Of a stretch of DNA of 64,000 nucleotides, positions 32,028-45,500 are shown one piece after another. This DNA is from Lenisia limosa (lineage: Eukaryota; Protista; Breviatea): positions 1 to 64,000 of the forward strand of contig LPNZ01010005.1 in NCBI GenBank assembly GCA_001655205.1, given 5' to 3'. The notes under the pieces are model-generated. The model was not told the DNA's origin. It saw nothing but the letters and a program-made list of their open reading frames with translations, and did not search any database. A program made the translations under genes and the position numbers. Numbering within the stretch: the first letter of the stretch is position 1; each line of letters opens with the position of its first letter.

Positions 32028-35000
32028 CTAGGGAGCGACCTGAGCCTGAGGCTCGACGTTCTTCTTGCTCTTCTTGTAGACAACAGCACCGGTGGCGGCG
32101 ACAGCAAGAATACCGGCAAGTCCAGCAGCGACGAAGGGAAGAGGAGAGGAGGAAGACTCAGACTCGGAGGGACGCTGTCCACAGACGACCTTCTCGGAGC
32201 AGGCAACGGGTGTGCAGTCGGTGGCACATCCGCCGTTGTTATTCTCGCAAGGGTTGACGTAGGTGAGGGGGCAGCCAGTGCCGGGGGCAACTCCGGGGAG
32301 GGTGACGGGGATCTCGCTCAGCTCAGACATGGTGAAGGTTGCCACCTCCTCAGAACGTCTGCTCTGTCCAACGTACACAATCTGAAATGTGAGCGGAAGT
32401 GATAAAAGACATTCAGGGTAAAAAGATAGACACCAGGGTAAAAAGATAGGAAGTCCAGACCGACCTTGAAGGTCACATCAACGCGGAAGACGAAGGTGGC
32501 TCCAACAGGGGTGGGGAACAGGTCATCAGCTTCCTCGCCAACCTGGGGGGGGGGGGGNNNNNNNNNNNNNNNNNNNNNNNNNNNNNNNNNNNNNNNNNNN
32601 NNNNNNNNNNNNNNNNNNNNNNNNNNNNNNNNNNNNNNNNATCAAGACACAAGCGGAACCAACCGAGATGGTGAAGCCGAACTCAATGTTGTCAGTGGGT
32701 CCGGGGAGCTTCAAGTCGTTGAAGTAGCCGTTAGCAAGGGCAATGGCAGTTGCTCCTGAAAGTGTCAGAAATGGCGTGAATATCAAGAATAATGAATGAC
32801 AAAAGACAAACCTTGATCGTTAAGGAGAACCTGGGACTGGCCACCAGGGAGAAGAGTGGTGGTGATGAGAAGAGGCTCAATACGTTGGATGAGAGCGTCG
32901 GGAGAGAACACAGTCAAAGTGAAGGTCACATCGTCTCCAGGCTGGTAGAGCGCAATAACACCATCATCAAGCTCAGCAGAGACGTCAATGGAAAGCTCAA
33001 GCTTGTTGCAGAGAGAGTCGTCGGAGATGAGAGTGGAGGTGATGGTGGTGGCGGCATTGTTGAGAGGGGGACAGTCGAGGCCGACATCACGGCAGACACC
33101 GGTGAAGGGAAGAACGTATTGGCCGCCGAAGGAGCAGAGGACGCCAGGGTTGATGGTCATAGTCCAGTACTGGAGGCATTCGGAGACCTTGTCGTCGGGG
33201 CAGCTGGATTTGGCGATGTTCTGCTCAAGGGTGACGATCATCCCGGGAGGTCCGGTGACGGGTCCGGCCATCTCAAGCTTGAAGGGAGCGTTGGTGCGGG
33301 TGAGGTACTCAATGGTGGCGAGACCGGTCAACCAGGTCCAGGACTTCTCAGTAAGGTAGGCCTAAGTGCGTCAGAACAGCTTGCAAATAATGATAAAATA
33401 ATTCCAACCTTGGTCTCAATCTCAGAGATTACGGATACTTGGTCGGAAACTTGGAGAATCTTGGGGAGAACTATAAAGTCAAAAAAACATCGGAGAGAAA
33501 ATAGAAAACAAAGACATCCCCACCCACTGATAACAAACTTGAGAATGACCTTGACGCGGCGGTTGACACCATCCCAGAGAGGAACGTTGATGATCATCTC
33601 AGCCTTGCCGACGTAGCGGTACACCTGCTCGTCCATGGACATGGTCAGTTGGCACTCGCCTGGGGGGGGGGGNNNNNNNNNNNNNNNNNNNNNNNNNNNN
33701 NNNNNNNNNNNNNNNNNNNNNNNNNNNNNNNNNNNNNNNNNNNNNNNNNNATGAAAAATCAAATAACACACGCAAAATAATGGACCAGGCATACTCAGGG
33801 CCTTGTTGAGGGGAATGTCCGAGTCATAGCGGTAGACGCAGTTGACATCATCAAAAGTCTCGACCCAGTTGGAGGACTGAGGGAAAGTGCAGATAGCGTC
33901 GTTGGTGGTGCCTTCAAGACCCATAAGACGGAGAGACTCCACGGAAGAGCCCTCGACAAGGTTGCGGGTGATGGCGAGTTGGAGGCTTCCCTCGCGAACG
34001 TCAGAAGTGTCGAGAAGGAACACACGGGTCACCATTGACTCTTCAGGAGGCATGGTGATGAAGTCGCAGATCTCCTGGGGGGGAAGAGGAACTACACTGG
34101 TGAGACCTGAACACAAACACAGCACGAGAGAAAGCAATACGCCCCAACCCACCGCAGTTTCCACTGGCGCACTTCTCCTTGTCAGTGCAGATAATGCCGC
34201 AAGCGCCGCAGTTCTTAGGGTCGGAATCGAAGATCTCGGGATCAACGCATTTGTTCTCACAGAGCTCAAGACCGGAGGGGCACTCGCAGGTGCCGTAGTG
34301 GCAAACCTAAGTCGTCAGATCATAAAGAACAGTAATAAGAAGCAATAGAAATTATAAAGCCACAAACCTGAGGAGCGTAGCAGCGGTTGTTGCAGGATCC
34401 ACAGTTGTAGGGGTCGTTCATGACCTCGACGCATTCGCCGTCACAACGAGCAAGACCGTACTTGCACTGGCACTGGTAGCCGGTGCAGACCTCAGTGGCT
34501 GAGTCACAGCATGAGTCGCCGCAAGAGAACAGGCCAGTGGGACAGGTTTTCTGGGGAGGAACTGCAAGGATTAGTTAGTGTGGTGAAGACAGAAAGACAC
34601 AAAGCAACCAGCATACTGCAGAGACCGGAGATGCACTCTTCGTCAGCTTGGCACTCGTGGCCGCAAGCACCGCAGTTCTTCCTGTCGGAGCTCAGGTGTT
34701 CGCAGCCAGTGTAGCAACGGGTGAATCCGGTGCGGCAGAGGCAACGCAGTTCGTAGTCTTCGAAAATGCACTTCTCATGGGCTTCGCAGCAGTAGTCGCC
34801 GCACTTCAGAGTGGAGGTGGGGCAAACCGTTTGGGGAGGGACTAAAAAGTCAGAATAATCAAAAACAGTTCACAGCAAAAAGACAACTGCTTACCACAGG
34901 CGCCAGCAATGCACTGTTCGTCTTGACCGCACTGTTCACCGCAGCGTCCGCAGTTCTCAACAGTGTCAAGAGTGACGCATTTTCCTTCGCAGCGAACGTG

Positions 35001-35261
35001 ATGGTCCTCTTTGCAAACTAAAGGTGTCAGGTTACGGTCAAAATGACCAAAAGGCAAAACAATTCCCAAAGCGGTAGGTTTGGCTTCAGCCCTCCTACCG
35101 CACTTGGCGACATAGCCAGATCCGGAACAGAGTTCGGTAGAGCTCTCGCAGCAGACTTGTCCGCAAATGTCATAGCCTGAAGGGCAGGTGGCGGGAATCC
35201 AACTTGGAGTTTGAGCAAACACCAAGGAAAGAAGAATGGCAAAAGCAATGAAGAACTTCAT
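32028..35261 (-). CDS. Type I membrane/cell-surface protein: signal peptide, four STIG1-like Cys-rich repeats, large beta-rich ectodomain, C-terminal TM
   Basis: Signal peptide MKFFIAFAILLSLVFA. Repeats CVTLDTVENCGRCGEQC, CEHLSSDRKNCGACGHEC, CVEVMNDPYNCGSCNNRC, CVDPEIFDSDPKNCGACGIIC. TM FVAAGLAGILAVAATGAVVY followed by KKSKK. Strong C/G-ending codon bias. Confidence 0.85.
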
Positions 35262-35655
35262 CGTTAACGCCGTGGTTATAAGTTGATTGTTTTGAAAGGA
35301 ATGTAAACGGGAAAGTATGGAAAGGTTTTAATTAAATTAAGAGCACAGGGATAAAATCACTAAGATAGTAACACTAAAAGCGAATGAGTTTGAAAACATA
35401 AAAAATTTCAGTTATAAGGTGGTGAAACTTACCGCTTTAGGAAATACCCAATATAGATTCCTCGATTTAGCAATTTGGTGTAAATTTGAGAAACTTGCCT
35501 TATAAGGTAACACACCCTCTTCATCCACCCTGACCCAGCTGAAACATGATAAAATAAGACTACATGGTAAAATACGCAAGAAACGGAACAAATCTCAACT
35601 TGAGAGAAAAATACTCTACCTGAAGGGTCCACCCCAGAAAATTGCTCATATAACC

Positions 35656-36872
35656 TTAGAATAGTTGCTTCTTTTCACCGCTCCTGATCTTAGACAACAA
35701 TTTCTGTCCTTGCGCTAGCAACTGGGCGTCCTAAAGTGTGAAATCAAAAAGGTTACTCACCATCTTTTTCTCAACATTCACCTTCTTAACCTGAGTCTTC
35801 TTAATAACTGTCTTAATCTTCTTATCAGCCTTCTTTTCCTCTGCCTCTGAGATACGAGCCTCTTTTTTTTGCTAAAAATGTGAAACACTATTCAGAATCT
35901 TACAGATTTCAGAAGCATTGCATTGCTTTGCTTCTCAACATCTCCAGCAACAGATGCAATAATATCCATTTGTGACGTAATCTTGAACGTTAATAGCAAG
36001 TCGGGTAACAACTTACATTATCTGCAAATTTCTTCTTTCTCCGCTTGACAACAGTTACAGTTTTCTAAAGAAATGAGTCAAAGACAACGGCGTACTGTTT
36101 TCTTCTTTTTCTTTGCTGCGCTCTCCTCTGCTTGCATTTCAGCCTCAACCGTCATGAACTTTCCATTTTCCTTCTCTTCCTCAACATTCTCGGCGGTATC
36201 TGGCTTTGTCTCATCTTCTTCTTCGCCATCTCCTTCATCATCATTTCCTTCGTCAGGAGTAATAACTGGAATCTCGAGTCTTAGAATGCCATTTCTAAGA
36301 TTGGCTTTTGTTTTGGCTTGGTCTAAGGCCTTCACATCAGGGTCATCAATTTGAACCTGTTATGTTAAACATACTAAACAGGGGAAGAACGAACCATTAA
36401 GGGTTTAAAGCCTTCAACCTCCAGGATGACTTGATCGTCAAAAACCTCCAAATCCATTTTTTCGGGGTCTGTTAGACCGGGCAACTTGATTTCTCCGTAC
36501 ACAATTGGCCTCTTAGCGCTGACATGGAACTTGGCTTCAGGTACAGTCATTTGGGCAGCTCTTTTGGCCTCGGTTTTGGCGGGATTCTTTGATGGCATTG
36601 GCTTGCCTGCTTTTTGCGCTCTTTTCTTTTCCGCCTGAAGAAGTTTTTTCTGCATCTTTGTCAGCTTGCCACCGGCTGCAATGGGAGCAGCAGGAGCTTG
36701 GATCTCTGCCTTTTTCACCATATCAATCGAGACTTTACTTGTCTTGTTGTTCTTCACAGTTTTGTTTCTCTAAAAATCATAAAATGAAGACACAACATAC
36801 ATTCTTCCATCTAAATCCCTTCTTCTTTTTCTCTGGTCCACGGGGAACTGCTGATTCTCCAACAGCTGCCAT
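35656..36872 (-). CDS. Lys/Glu-rich protein with a CS/HSP20-like (PIH1-CS-type) beta-sandwich
   Basis: IVYGEIKLPGLTDPEKMDLEVFDDQVILEVEGFKPLM-VQIDDPDVKALDQAKTKANLRNGILRLEIPV follows the alpha-crystallin/CS pattern (xLPG...dl.v....l.l ... kA....GiL.l.iP). Flanked by charged low-complexity exons. Confidence 0.6.
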
Positions 36873-37393
36873 CTGAATAGTTAAAAAAAAGAGCACGTGG
36901 TAGCAGAGATTTGGGGTTGACTTCCAGCAAAAAGGATTATTTTCAAAATGAAAAGAATATGAAGCGAGAGAAAAACTCGGAAACGAAGAGAGGCATCACC
37001 CCTGCACCTTGGAAGACGACGCTGAAAAGTCCTTTTTTAGTTAACGAATACCTAACGAATAATACGAGGACAATATGAGGATTCTCTCTAACTATCTAAG
37101 CTCTCTGTAATTCTGTAATTGCTCTTAAAACTTAACAACAGACGAGGAGGTCGGAAGAATTATTATATAGACTGAATTTAAACAATCAATATTAAAATGT
37201 TATAAGTATATATATAATTATTTCAAGATATAAGCTTTATAAATATTTTAATTTAGCAAAATTATTGTATTAAATAAGCTGTAGACGCGAAATCCATAAT
37301 TTTTTGCGGCGGCGGGGTGAAGTCCATCTTTGGAATTTTTTTTTAAGAAAATCCTTTTTTTTTTGTTTGAGAGCCTGCTTATAGACTGTCAAA

Positions 37394-38335
37394 ATGGCTT
37401 CTTTTGCCGAATTATTAGAAACTCAACAATATGGACCCAATCCTCAGTATTTGATCGCCTTAGAGGCTAGTATTAATGAGCAAGTTGCCGAAAACACATA
37501 TTCACTGGAAGTTTGCCTCTCTGTTTTGAAAATTTATCAGGTTGGTTTTTGTGAGTGTGCCATCGCGTCTTCCCGGGGAATTTGTCCTAATTTCATTTCA
37601 GTTTTTCCCTGAAAAGCTGGATCTGGGCATTATGGCCAAGATTCTCATCAAATCAATGATGAACCTCCCTGAATCCGACTTCCTTCTCTGTTCCTACCTT
37701 ATCCCGGCAACTCTTGTAAGTTAATTACTCGGTTTTGAGAATTGAATTGACCCTATATTAGCAAGAGCACCAAACTTACAAAATCCTGAGTTCTTTGGCT
37801 GAATACTTGGAAACTGGACGTTTTAAGAAGTTTTGGGCTGAAGTTGAAGAGACTAGGGAGCTTGGTGATCTTATCCCTGGATTCAAGGACTCTTGCCGCA
37901 AATGTGGGTATCTTGTTGTGTTTTATGTTGAATTTTACTTCTTTGTAGTTATCCTTGGTGTAATTTGGTCCACTTATGCCCGTGTTGAGAAGAGTCGTGT
38001 CTCTGAGTTCCTCAATCTCCAAGGAGAGGACCTGGAGAAGTACATTATTGGTAACAATGCCTCAACAGAAGGTGCAGATGTTCTTTTCCCAGAGAAATCA
38101 AGCTGTATGTGAATGTTCTTTGTCATACTTGCCTCTTCCTTGCCTTCTCCTGTGCTTAAAATATAAACATGTTTAAAAATATAAGTTTACGGATTAGCTG
38201 CCACTGCTAAGGCCAGTCGCCATCATGATACCCGTGAAAAGGTTGTTGCATGGACTCAGGTACGAGGCTGCGCAATTTGGGTCTTGGTTTTGGAACCGAT
38301 GAAAATGCTAACTTCTTCAGGTTCAGGGACGCTAA
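37394..38335 (+). CDS. EIF3K: Eukaryotic translation initiation factor 3 subunit K (stop at 38335 or 38370 depending on last donor)
   Basis: QYGPNPQYLIALEASINEQVAENTYSLEVCLSVLKIYQ-FFPEK...ILIKSMMNLPESDFLLCSYLIP-...LAEYLETGRFKKFW...IPGFKDSCRK: eIF3K PCI-domain motifs (LKLYQF.P, LP..DF.LC.YL, LET..F..FW, GF.DS.RK). Confidence 0.92.
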
Positions 38336-38552
38336 ATTTTGACAAGTTTCTCTCTTCAAACAGACGGTAAAGACATGCCGCCTCGTAAGCATTTCTTTGA
38401 TAGCGTTTTCTTCGATGTAATACATTTGTCTATCTTTATCTATTGCAGGGAGAACTCTTTTTGTTATTGTTGTCCTGTTGTTATATCTAAACATGATAAT
38501 CCCCTCATTTATGTTTTGGTACATCTGCATTAACATATATCACAGAAACAAG

Positions 38553-40486
38553 CTAATCCTCTTCACCTTCACTTCCCTCCTCACTTTCCTCCTGCTCCTC
38601 TTCCTCCTCCTCCTTTTCATTATCTTCTTCCTCCTCTTCCTCCTGCTCTTCCTCTTCTCTTCGTTTTCTCTCCTCTTCCTCTTCCCGCTTCCTTTCCTTC
38701 TCTTCTAACCTTCTCTCCTCTTCGGCCTCGATCTCAGCCTGCCGTCTCTCCTATTGTGTCAAACAATGCGACAATCATAAGCAATAAAAAAACAGCCCTA
38801 CCTCCGCAACAATTCTTCCCTCTTCACGGTCATCTTCATCCACAACTTCTTTATTAATAGTTTTGAGGTGTGGTAGATATGACAACAGCATAGCCATAAA
38901 ATCGTCATCCTCACTGACAGGGGTGTCTAAGAGGTAAAGAAAGTTGAATCAAATCCAATCCAAAAAAATTAACGAAAACTGTTAAATTCACAAACCAAGT
39001 GTATTTATTGAAGTCAAGCGGGTGAGAGGGCTCAGTTTCACAAGTTCCAAAATGTCCATAATAGCAGTTTCTCTATCATTGGTAAATTTAGGGGGTATTG
39101 GAAAGCACTTCAGTTCCAAGAAAAGGTGATTCTAGACAAATCCACATCCTTGATACTTCAAAGAAACAAAAAGAAATCGTGTGGGTATTAAACTATCAGA
39201 TGAATGTACATATAACAAGTGTCAAATGAAAACACACACATACGAAGATCAGATAATTCTAGTGTGAAGGAGGGTTATTTCCATTCATAAAGCCGAAACC
39301 AACCTCAGATTAATATGTTCTAAAGAGGGGCAAGCAGTCACAAAATTATCAGGGATGGTTTCAAGAGGATTCCCTCTGAGCGATAGGGTTCGACATTTTG
39401 AAAGCTGCAAACCATCCAACGAAGAGATCTCATTTTGGTTCTGTCAATATGAAATAATAGCTTCCTGAACACAAAAAGAAAATGAAAATGGTTCTTATGA
39501 AAACGAAGTTGTTACAACCAGCCAAACCAGGTAAACTTCCTCCACACAAGGAGATGAAATGTCTTCACAAGATACAAGTTTACATTTTCGAGCTTCCAGA
39601 GTTTTTAAAGACAAGAGTCCCTCAAGCCGCATCGCAGGCTTAGAGTTACCTTTGGTGATGTCAAAATAGAACGTTTTTTTGAAAACAAAAAGGGGGGTTA
39701 CTCTTAAAAGTTTTTGGTTTACTTCCTATTAAAACCCACTTACGATTCAAATTTAGTCTGGTGAGATTAGGGTGAGATAAATTGGAAGCTGAGGTAATAA
39801 TGTTTCGAGAGAGGTCAAGGTGTTCCAGGTAGATTGATGGGGGCCAATAAGCATCAGTAATCTGGATTGTGAATGAAACCTGTATTTCAAAATGCTAACC
39901 TTGTTCTTGGCTGCATCAACCGCTATTAGCCTGGGTAAGACCTCAAGGTCATTCAACTTGGTGAGTTTGTTATTGCGTACACAAATATACTCCAAGTTTG
40001 TTGGGCGCTGAGACAATTAGATTTGGAACTATGAGTGAGAATCTAAATTTACATTGTCGAACTACCAACCATTTCCTGAATAATTTCTGCACTTGTCACT
40101 CCTTCCCCAACAACGTCAAGACGAGAAAAGGACACTTCTCTATGACTGGTGAGTCTTACCGAAGATTAGATGAGGAGGATATTCACTCACCCGCTTGGCC
40201 CTTCTATGAGTCGAGAAAGCCCAGAAGTGAACATTTTCTTTGTCATTGGCTTCTTACAGTATAAATTATCATTTTAGCAGGATAGATGATGGAAAAGGTA
40301 AGCAAGATTGCCCAGACTCACTGGAGGGATTGTTTTCTTGACCACTATTGGGGCTTTCTCCTCCTCTTCTTCTTCATTTTCAAGACTAGATTCATTTTCA
40401 GACAGAGAGCCAGCGTCTTCTTCCTCCTCCCCCGAAATCTGCTCTTCCTCAGAGAGAACGTCAGGTTCTTCTTCTATTTCTGACAT
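38553..40486 (-). CDS. SDS22-type leucine-rich-repeat protein with acidic N- and C-termini (LRRC23-like, possibly axonemal)
   Basis: LEYICVRNNKLTKLNDLEVLPRLIAVDAAKNK; NQNEISSLDGLQLSKCRTLSLRGNPL; LRR cap MAMLLSYLPHLKTINKEVV; E/R-rich and poly-E tail (38553-38750). Confidence 0.75.
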
Positions 40487-40814
40487 TCCTCTTCAACAAT
40501 CTTAATCCTGCTTCAGACAAACTTTCCTACTTAAAAATTATCCTTTGGTGTTTCGTTTGATGCAATTCTCGTTCAGTTCTTTTTTTGGTGTGTTTTTCAG
40601 GAAAATTCACGGTGGCGGTGGCGCTCTCTNNNNNNNNNNNNNNNNNNNNNNNNNNNNNNNNNNNNNNNNNNNNNNNNNNNNNNNNNNNNNNNTGAAGAGG
40701 AAAGTTAAACTTGTATAGTCAAACTGAGTAGACAGTACCATTAAAATCAAATAAGAAACCAGAACCTGAAACCAACACACAAGACCGCCGAAAGAAAAAA
40801 GAAACAAACATAAC

Positions 40815-42325
40815 CTAAATAGATGCCAATTTAAAGGTCGAAGCCTTTAATGCTAAAAGTGTCAACGAGAAGAAAAAGAAGAGAGGGATCAAAAAAAAAA
40901 GCTCATTCATCTTACCATTGCCTGGGAGGAGTGTTGATTTCGAAGTAGTTAGGGGGCTTGGGGTTAGTTGATTCCTTCTTCATCAAATGGAGACGCTGTT
41001 GCACGTGTTCAGAAATGAGATTGATTCCAACTAAAACGTGAGTAAAGAAGGCATTGAATGCAGGGCAGCCAGCGTGAAGGGGCTTACCAATGTTATCGCC
41101 ACCACGAGGGATGATGACGTCAGCAAACTTGCGGGACTAAGTTCATGAGATAAAAAAAAATGGGGGTTGGGTTTATATTCATTTTTAAAAAACCCTCTCT
41201 CGCATACAGGTCCAGTGTACTCGTCGAAAGAAGGCTTGACGAAGCGCTCGTACTGCTTGAGAACGCCATCAATGTCACGTCCACGTTCAGTGATATCACG
41301 ACGAACTGAAAAGTTAAAAGAGGAAACCCATGAAATCACGAGCTGTTCATCCCTCATACTACGACGAGCAAGGCGAATGTCAGCGTCTGTATCGACGAAG
41401 ATCTTGATATCGAACTGTTCACGGAGCTCACGTTGCTGATGTGTCAATTCAACTGGGAGCAACAAGGCTATAAAGCAGCAGAAATCAAATACGCAGCTAA
41501 GGAATTGCTATAATGAAAGCGTATCAAAAATTTATCAACCCCCGTCAAACNNNNNNNNNNNNNNNNNNNNNNNNNNNNNNNNNNNNNNNNNNNNNNNNNN
41601 NNNNNNNNNNNNNNNNNNNNNNNNNNNNNNNNNNNNNNNNNNNNNNNNNNNNNNNNNNNNNNNNNNNNNNNNNGGTAGACTCGAGTGAACTCTTCCGACC
41701 TGAATTATCAGATTGACCATTTTCAATATGTTTTCTCAAAACTGATGGTTTATATCGTAATATTACCCACATAAGGAACATTACTGTAAATTGACCAGCC
41801 CATTTACTACCACCAGCTCACCGTTTGTGGGTTGTGAAGTCGTAGACCGGGATATCAACTGGAAGCCCATTCTTCAAGTCAGAGATCACAGCATTCATCA
41901 AATCATAGTCAAAGGCATCTGAAAAGTCAAAGGAAATTTCAGGCCACAATACACAAGGTCCAAAAATATAAAGTTGGGACTAACCAGGATGATCAAAGTT
42001 GAAATCCTTCACATTAGCAAGCTGTTCTGGAGTTAACGGGAGGTAGAATGAATCCTGGGAGATGATAACAAGATCACCAGGAGTTTTTTCGCCTTCTGAA
42101 GTCAACGATTCAAGGATTTTGCGACAAACGGTCGTCTTTCCGGAGGCAGTACCACCAGCAACACCTACAAAAATAATTAAAAACTCCGAAACCAATGAAA
42201 GAAGATTTCCACCTCCAATTACCGATCAAAAAGGGCTTTTGGTTTACAGGAGACTTTCTCCCATTTCCGTTTCCCTCGGAAAAACGACAGTTTGTCGGGA
42301 GGCTTCTAGCTTGCATTTCAGACAT
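40815..42325 (-). CDS. UCK: Uridine(-cytidine) kinase, no UPRT domain
   Basis: [18 protein letters not shown]; ISQDSFY; FNFDHP-DAFD; [10 protein letters not shown]; [45 protein letters not shown]; [11 protein letters not shown]. Confidence 0.95.
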
Positions 42326-42525
42326 ACTGTGTACTGCGCTACAAAAAACAAATTAAATCCCTCGAAATATTTTTGAAAAAATTGATTTTATATACATACT
42401 CTCGAAATGTTATTATCGAATTCTTTCGAATTGAAAATATCAATTTTTGGACAATTGAGAGAAGTTTGAAGAGTATTGAAGTGGTATTTAATGAAATAAA
42501 TTACATTTTATAAATATAAATAGTA

Positions 42526-45500
42526 ATGGGAGGTCGAAATCCCTTGCTCGAAGACTTCGATTTGCTATGGGTGGACGTTTCTCATCGATCCCTAAGTGGG
42601 AATATTGTCATTTCATCAAAAAACCATTAAATTCAACTTTTAAAAGGCTGATTTAAGCTTCCCTCTTCAAAACTCAATTCGCATACTGACTTTTAGCACG
42701 GCTGAATTCGCTCACTGAGCTCGTCGAACATGCCAATAATTTACAAGCGTCAAATAATAAGCTTTTGTCGTTTAAAGGGATGCCAAGATGGCCAGAGTTA
42801 TGGAAGATAGACGCCTCAGACAATGAAGTTTGTTTGTCTCCTGTTGATTACAATCAGTTGATCAGCCTTGACGGGATTGGAAACCGCTCTGTTTTAGGGG
42901 CTCTGCTTTTGGCCGGAAATAACCTAAGCCTTTCCAGTTTAAAGCCACTGAGGTTTGCCTTTTTTGATATCATTTTCAGGTCTTCCCACATTGTTGAACT
43001 TACTCTTCTCGAAAACCCACGAATTGTTTCTTTAAAAAACTGTTGGGCGGAGTCTATTAGTTGATATATTTAGACCGATACCTTGTTATTGTTCTGTTAC
43101 CACGAGTTGTAATGCTTGATGGTCTGTTTGTGACATCAGAAGAAAGGACGTTGGCGGAGGCTTTCGTTAAAACGCAGGCTGCTACTCGGGTTTTTACGGT
43201 AAGATACCCAAAACCCATGTCTCAAACTCGTAGAAAGAAGTTGGGTTTTACCCACATGAGCTGGATGGCCAGACTTTTTTGCTTCATAAAGAGGAAGCTT
43301 GTATTTCTCGACCAGCTACTCAATTTTTACGACTCTTCAGCCACCCACTTAGCAACAGACGAGGGCCTTGTTGGCTAACTGCTGGTCTCACTTTGTAGAC
43401 AACGATTTATTAAAACTCCAATACATTGCTGCAAATTATTTGAATGAAATGAAGAATGAAGTTGCGATTGTGAATGAGTAGGACTTTTTTAAAATTTAAC
43501 GACTGTAGATCTGAACCTCAGGGCTTGAGTACTGAAGTTATCTTTGTTCTTCTTGCTCTTCCGTCAACCACACTCTTTATATTATTCACGATCTTGGCAT
43601 TGTCATTAGATTACCCTCTGCCTTACCCTCTTCTTGAAAAGGTAAGACCAATAATCAACGGGCTTTATGGGACGGAGTTTACCCATCAGACTCTTGGCAA
43701 AGCCCTCCAAGCTAGGCCTTGCTCTCCACAAACGCAACCTTCTAATGCAAAATCAATTGCTTCTCCAGTCAAACGCCCTCCTTCAAGCTGTGGGTTTTAC
43801 GTAATAATTGTTTGAGTTTTCAATAATAAGTAACTCTATTTAGACACAAGTGTTACACAAGGCCAAACAATGCCACTCTCGGTCTTTCAAGATTTATATG
43901 GTTGGATGCCATTTTTGTTTTGTACATGTACTCAAATAATTGTGTGTATCTGACATGCTCTTTAATTTTAATATTGGGTAACTTTTTATTTAGGCGAAAC
44001 ATCTACAATTCCAGCATTCCAGTTTCTATCAAAAGACGCGCTTTCCTTATTTTCGCTTGCACCTTCTTTAAGAATGGCTGTTCTTTCTCTTATTCACGAG
44101 GCCATTCGAATAGGAATTCAAGATCACAAATCAGCAAGAAGGTGGTCTTAAAGCCATCGATATAATATTATGAACAGGATAGCATATTCTTTTAATTCAC
44201 TAGACAAGCAACGACCGAGATTTGGAATCTATTAAACTCTGGCCATCCCCTTCGGCCTCCGCCAAACGCGCCTGGTGGAGACGAGGATCACGAGGCCCCC
44301 GAGGAGTACCCCGAAACGATTGACCGCGAGTCCAAAGCACGGCCCGGTAAGAGCCTATGCACTACTAACATTTCAGTTACCGCCATGAGTGCAATATCGC
44401 ATCGACCAATGGTGACACGTTTGGACCATGACCCTCGTCTCATTGCAGCCCGGGCGGAGGCTGCACTTTTCGGCCTGTCCTGTTTTGCCATGGCTGGAGG
44501 AAGGGAGCTTGTCAGTTTTGCTGTCGACATTAGGGTGAGAGACTAATAGGAATCCAGAACACGAATGACTTTTTAGCCACTTTATCGGGCTGCTGCTGCT
44601 GGTGGGGTCAACGAGGTTGTGGCTTTAGTGGAATCTCAGGTGGGGTGACAACGGGGTTCTCACACAGTTTTTTTATTGTGTGTTGTGACATAATACAGAA
44701 GGTCATTCTTGACATTGTCTTGACCTTTTAGACACGATTGGCTCATCGAGATGCCGTATCTTTGATCGGAACTTTAACAGGAATCCGAGCCAATGATAGC
44801 ACCACTTTCAGGGCTCTTCCTGATGGTGAGAGTTTGACTTGTTGCTTTCGCTTTTTTTTTTTTNNNNNNNNNNNNNNNNNNNNNNNNNNNNNNNNNNNNN
44901 NNNNNNNNNNNNNNNNNTGCATTTCTCCTCTTCATCAGGTCCTCCGAAGGTGCCTAAAACAGGGGACGAGGTGTTGATTTCTCATGACTGTGTTTTGGTA
45001 AAACACATTCCACCTGGCATTCTTGTGGTAAAGTAAGCTGTTGTTCTCTTCAATTTAAGAATATCATATGTTAAATTAGGAGATATGAAGCCTTGATTTT
45101 TCCTGAACTAAATTTATCTTTTTGGGGAAGTGAAGGAATCGGCGATGACAAAAGAAACAGAAACAGTGGACAACTCAGGCAGAATGACAGCAATGGTGGG
45201 TTCTTATGACTGGAACTCAGGTTTACATTTCAAAACTCACTTTTTTCAATGTAGATCCAACATGCACGGAAGAAAAAGACAGCCTCAGCTGTCGGATATG
45301 CGCAGTGTTCTTCATCAACCCATTTGTGGGACACATAAATTACAATAGCTGATTTTCTTACTATTTAGATACAAAATTGCACTGAATTATCTTGTTTGGG
45401 TGGGCGGGAATAGTCTTCTCTAAGATAACAAGCACCCAAAAAAAGATAACTTGTATTACATTGCCATTTTAAATCAAATCATCCATAGTCAAACAAACGA

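Noticed and set aside
32792-33616. 274-aa plus-strand ORF (and similar long antisense ORFs over the myosin, e.g. 21687-22289) as overlapping genes
   Set aside because: These are shadow ORFs expected opposite strongly C/G-ending codons; no independent motifs or splice structure.
42361-42445. TCGAA/TTCGA cluster as a heat-shock element
   Set aside because: Spacing does not fit alternating nGAAn pentamers; may be chance in AT-rich DNA.
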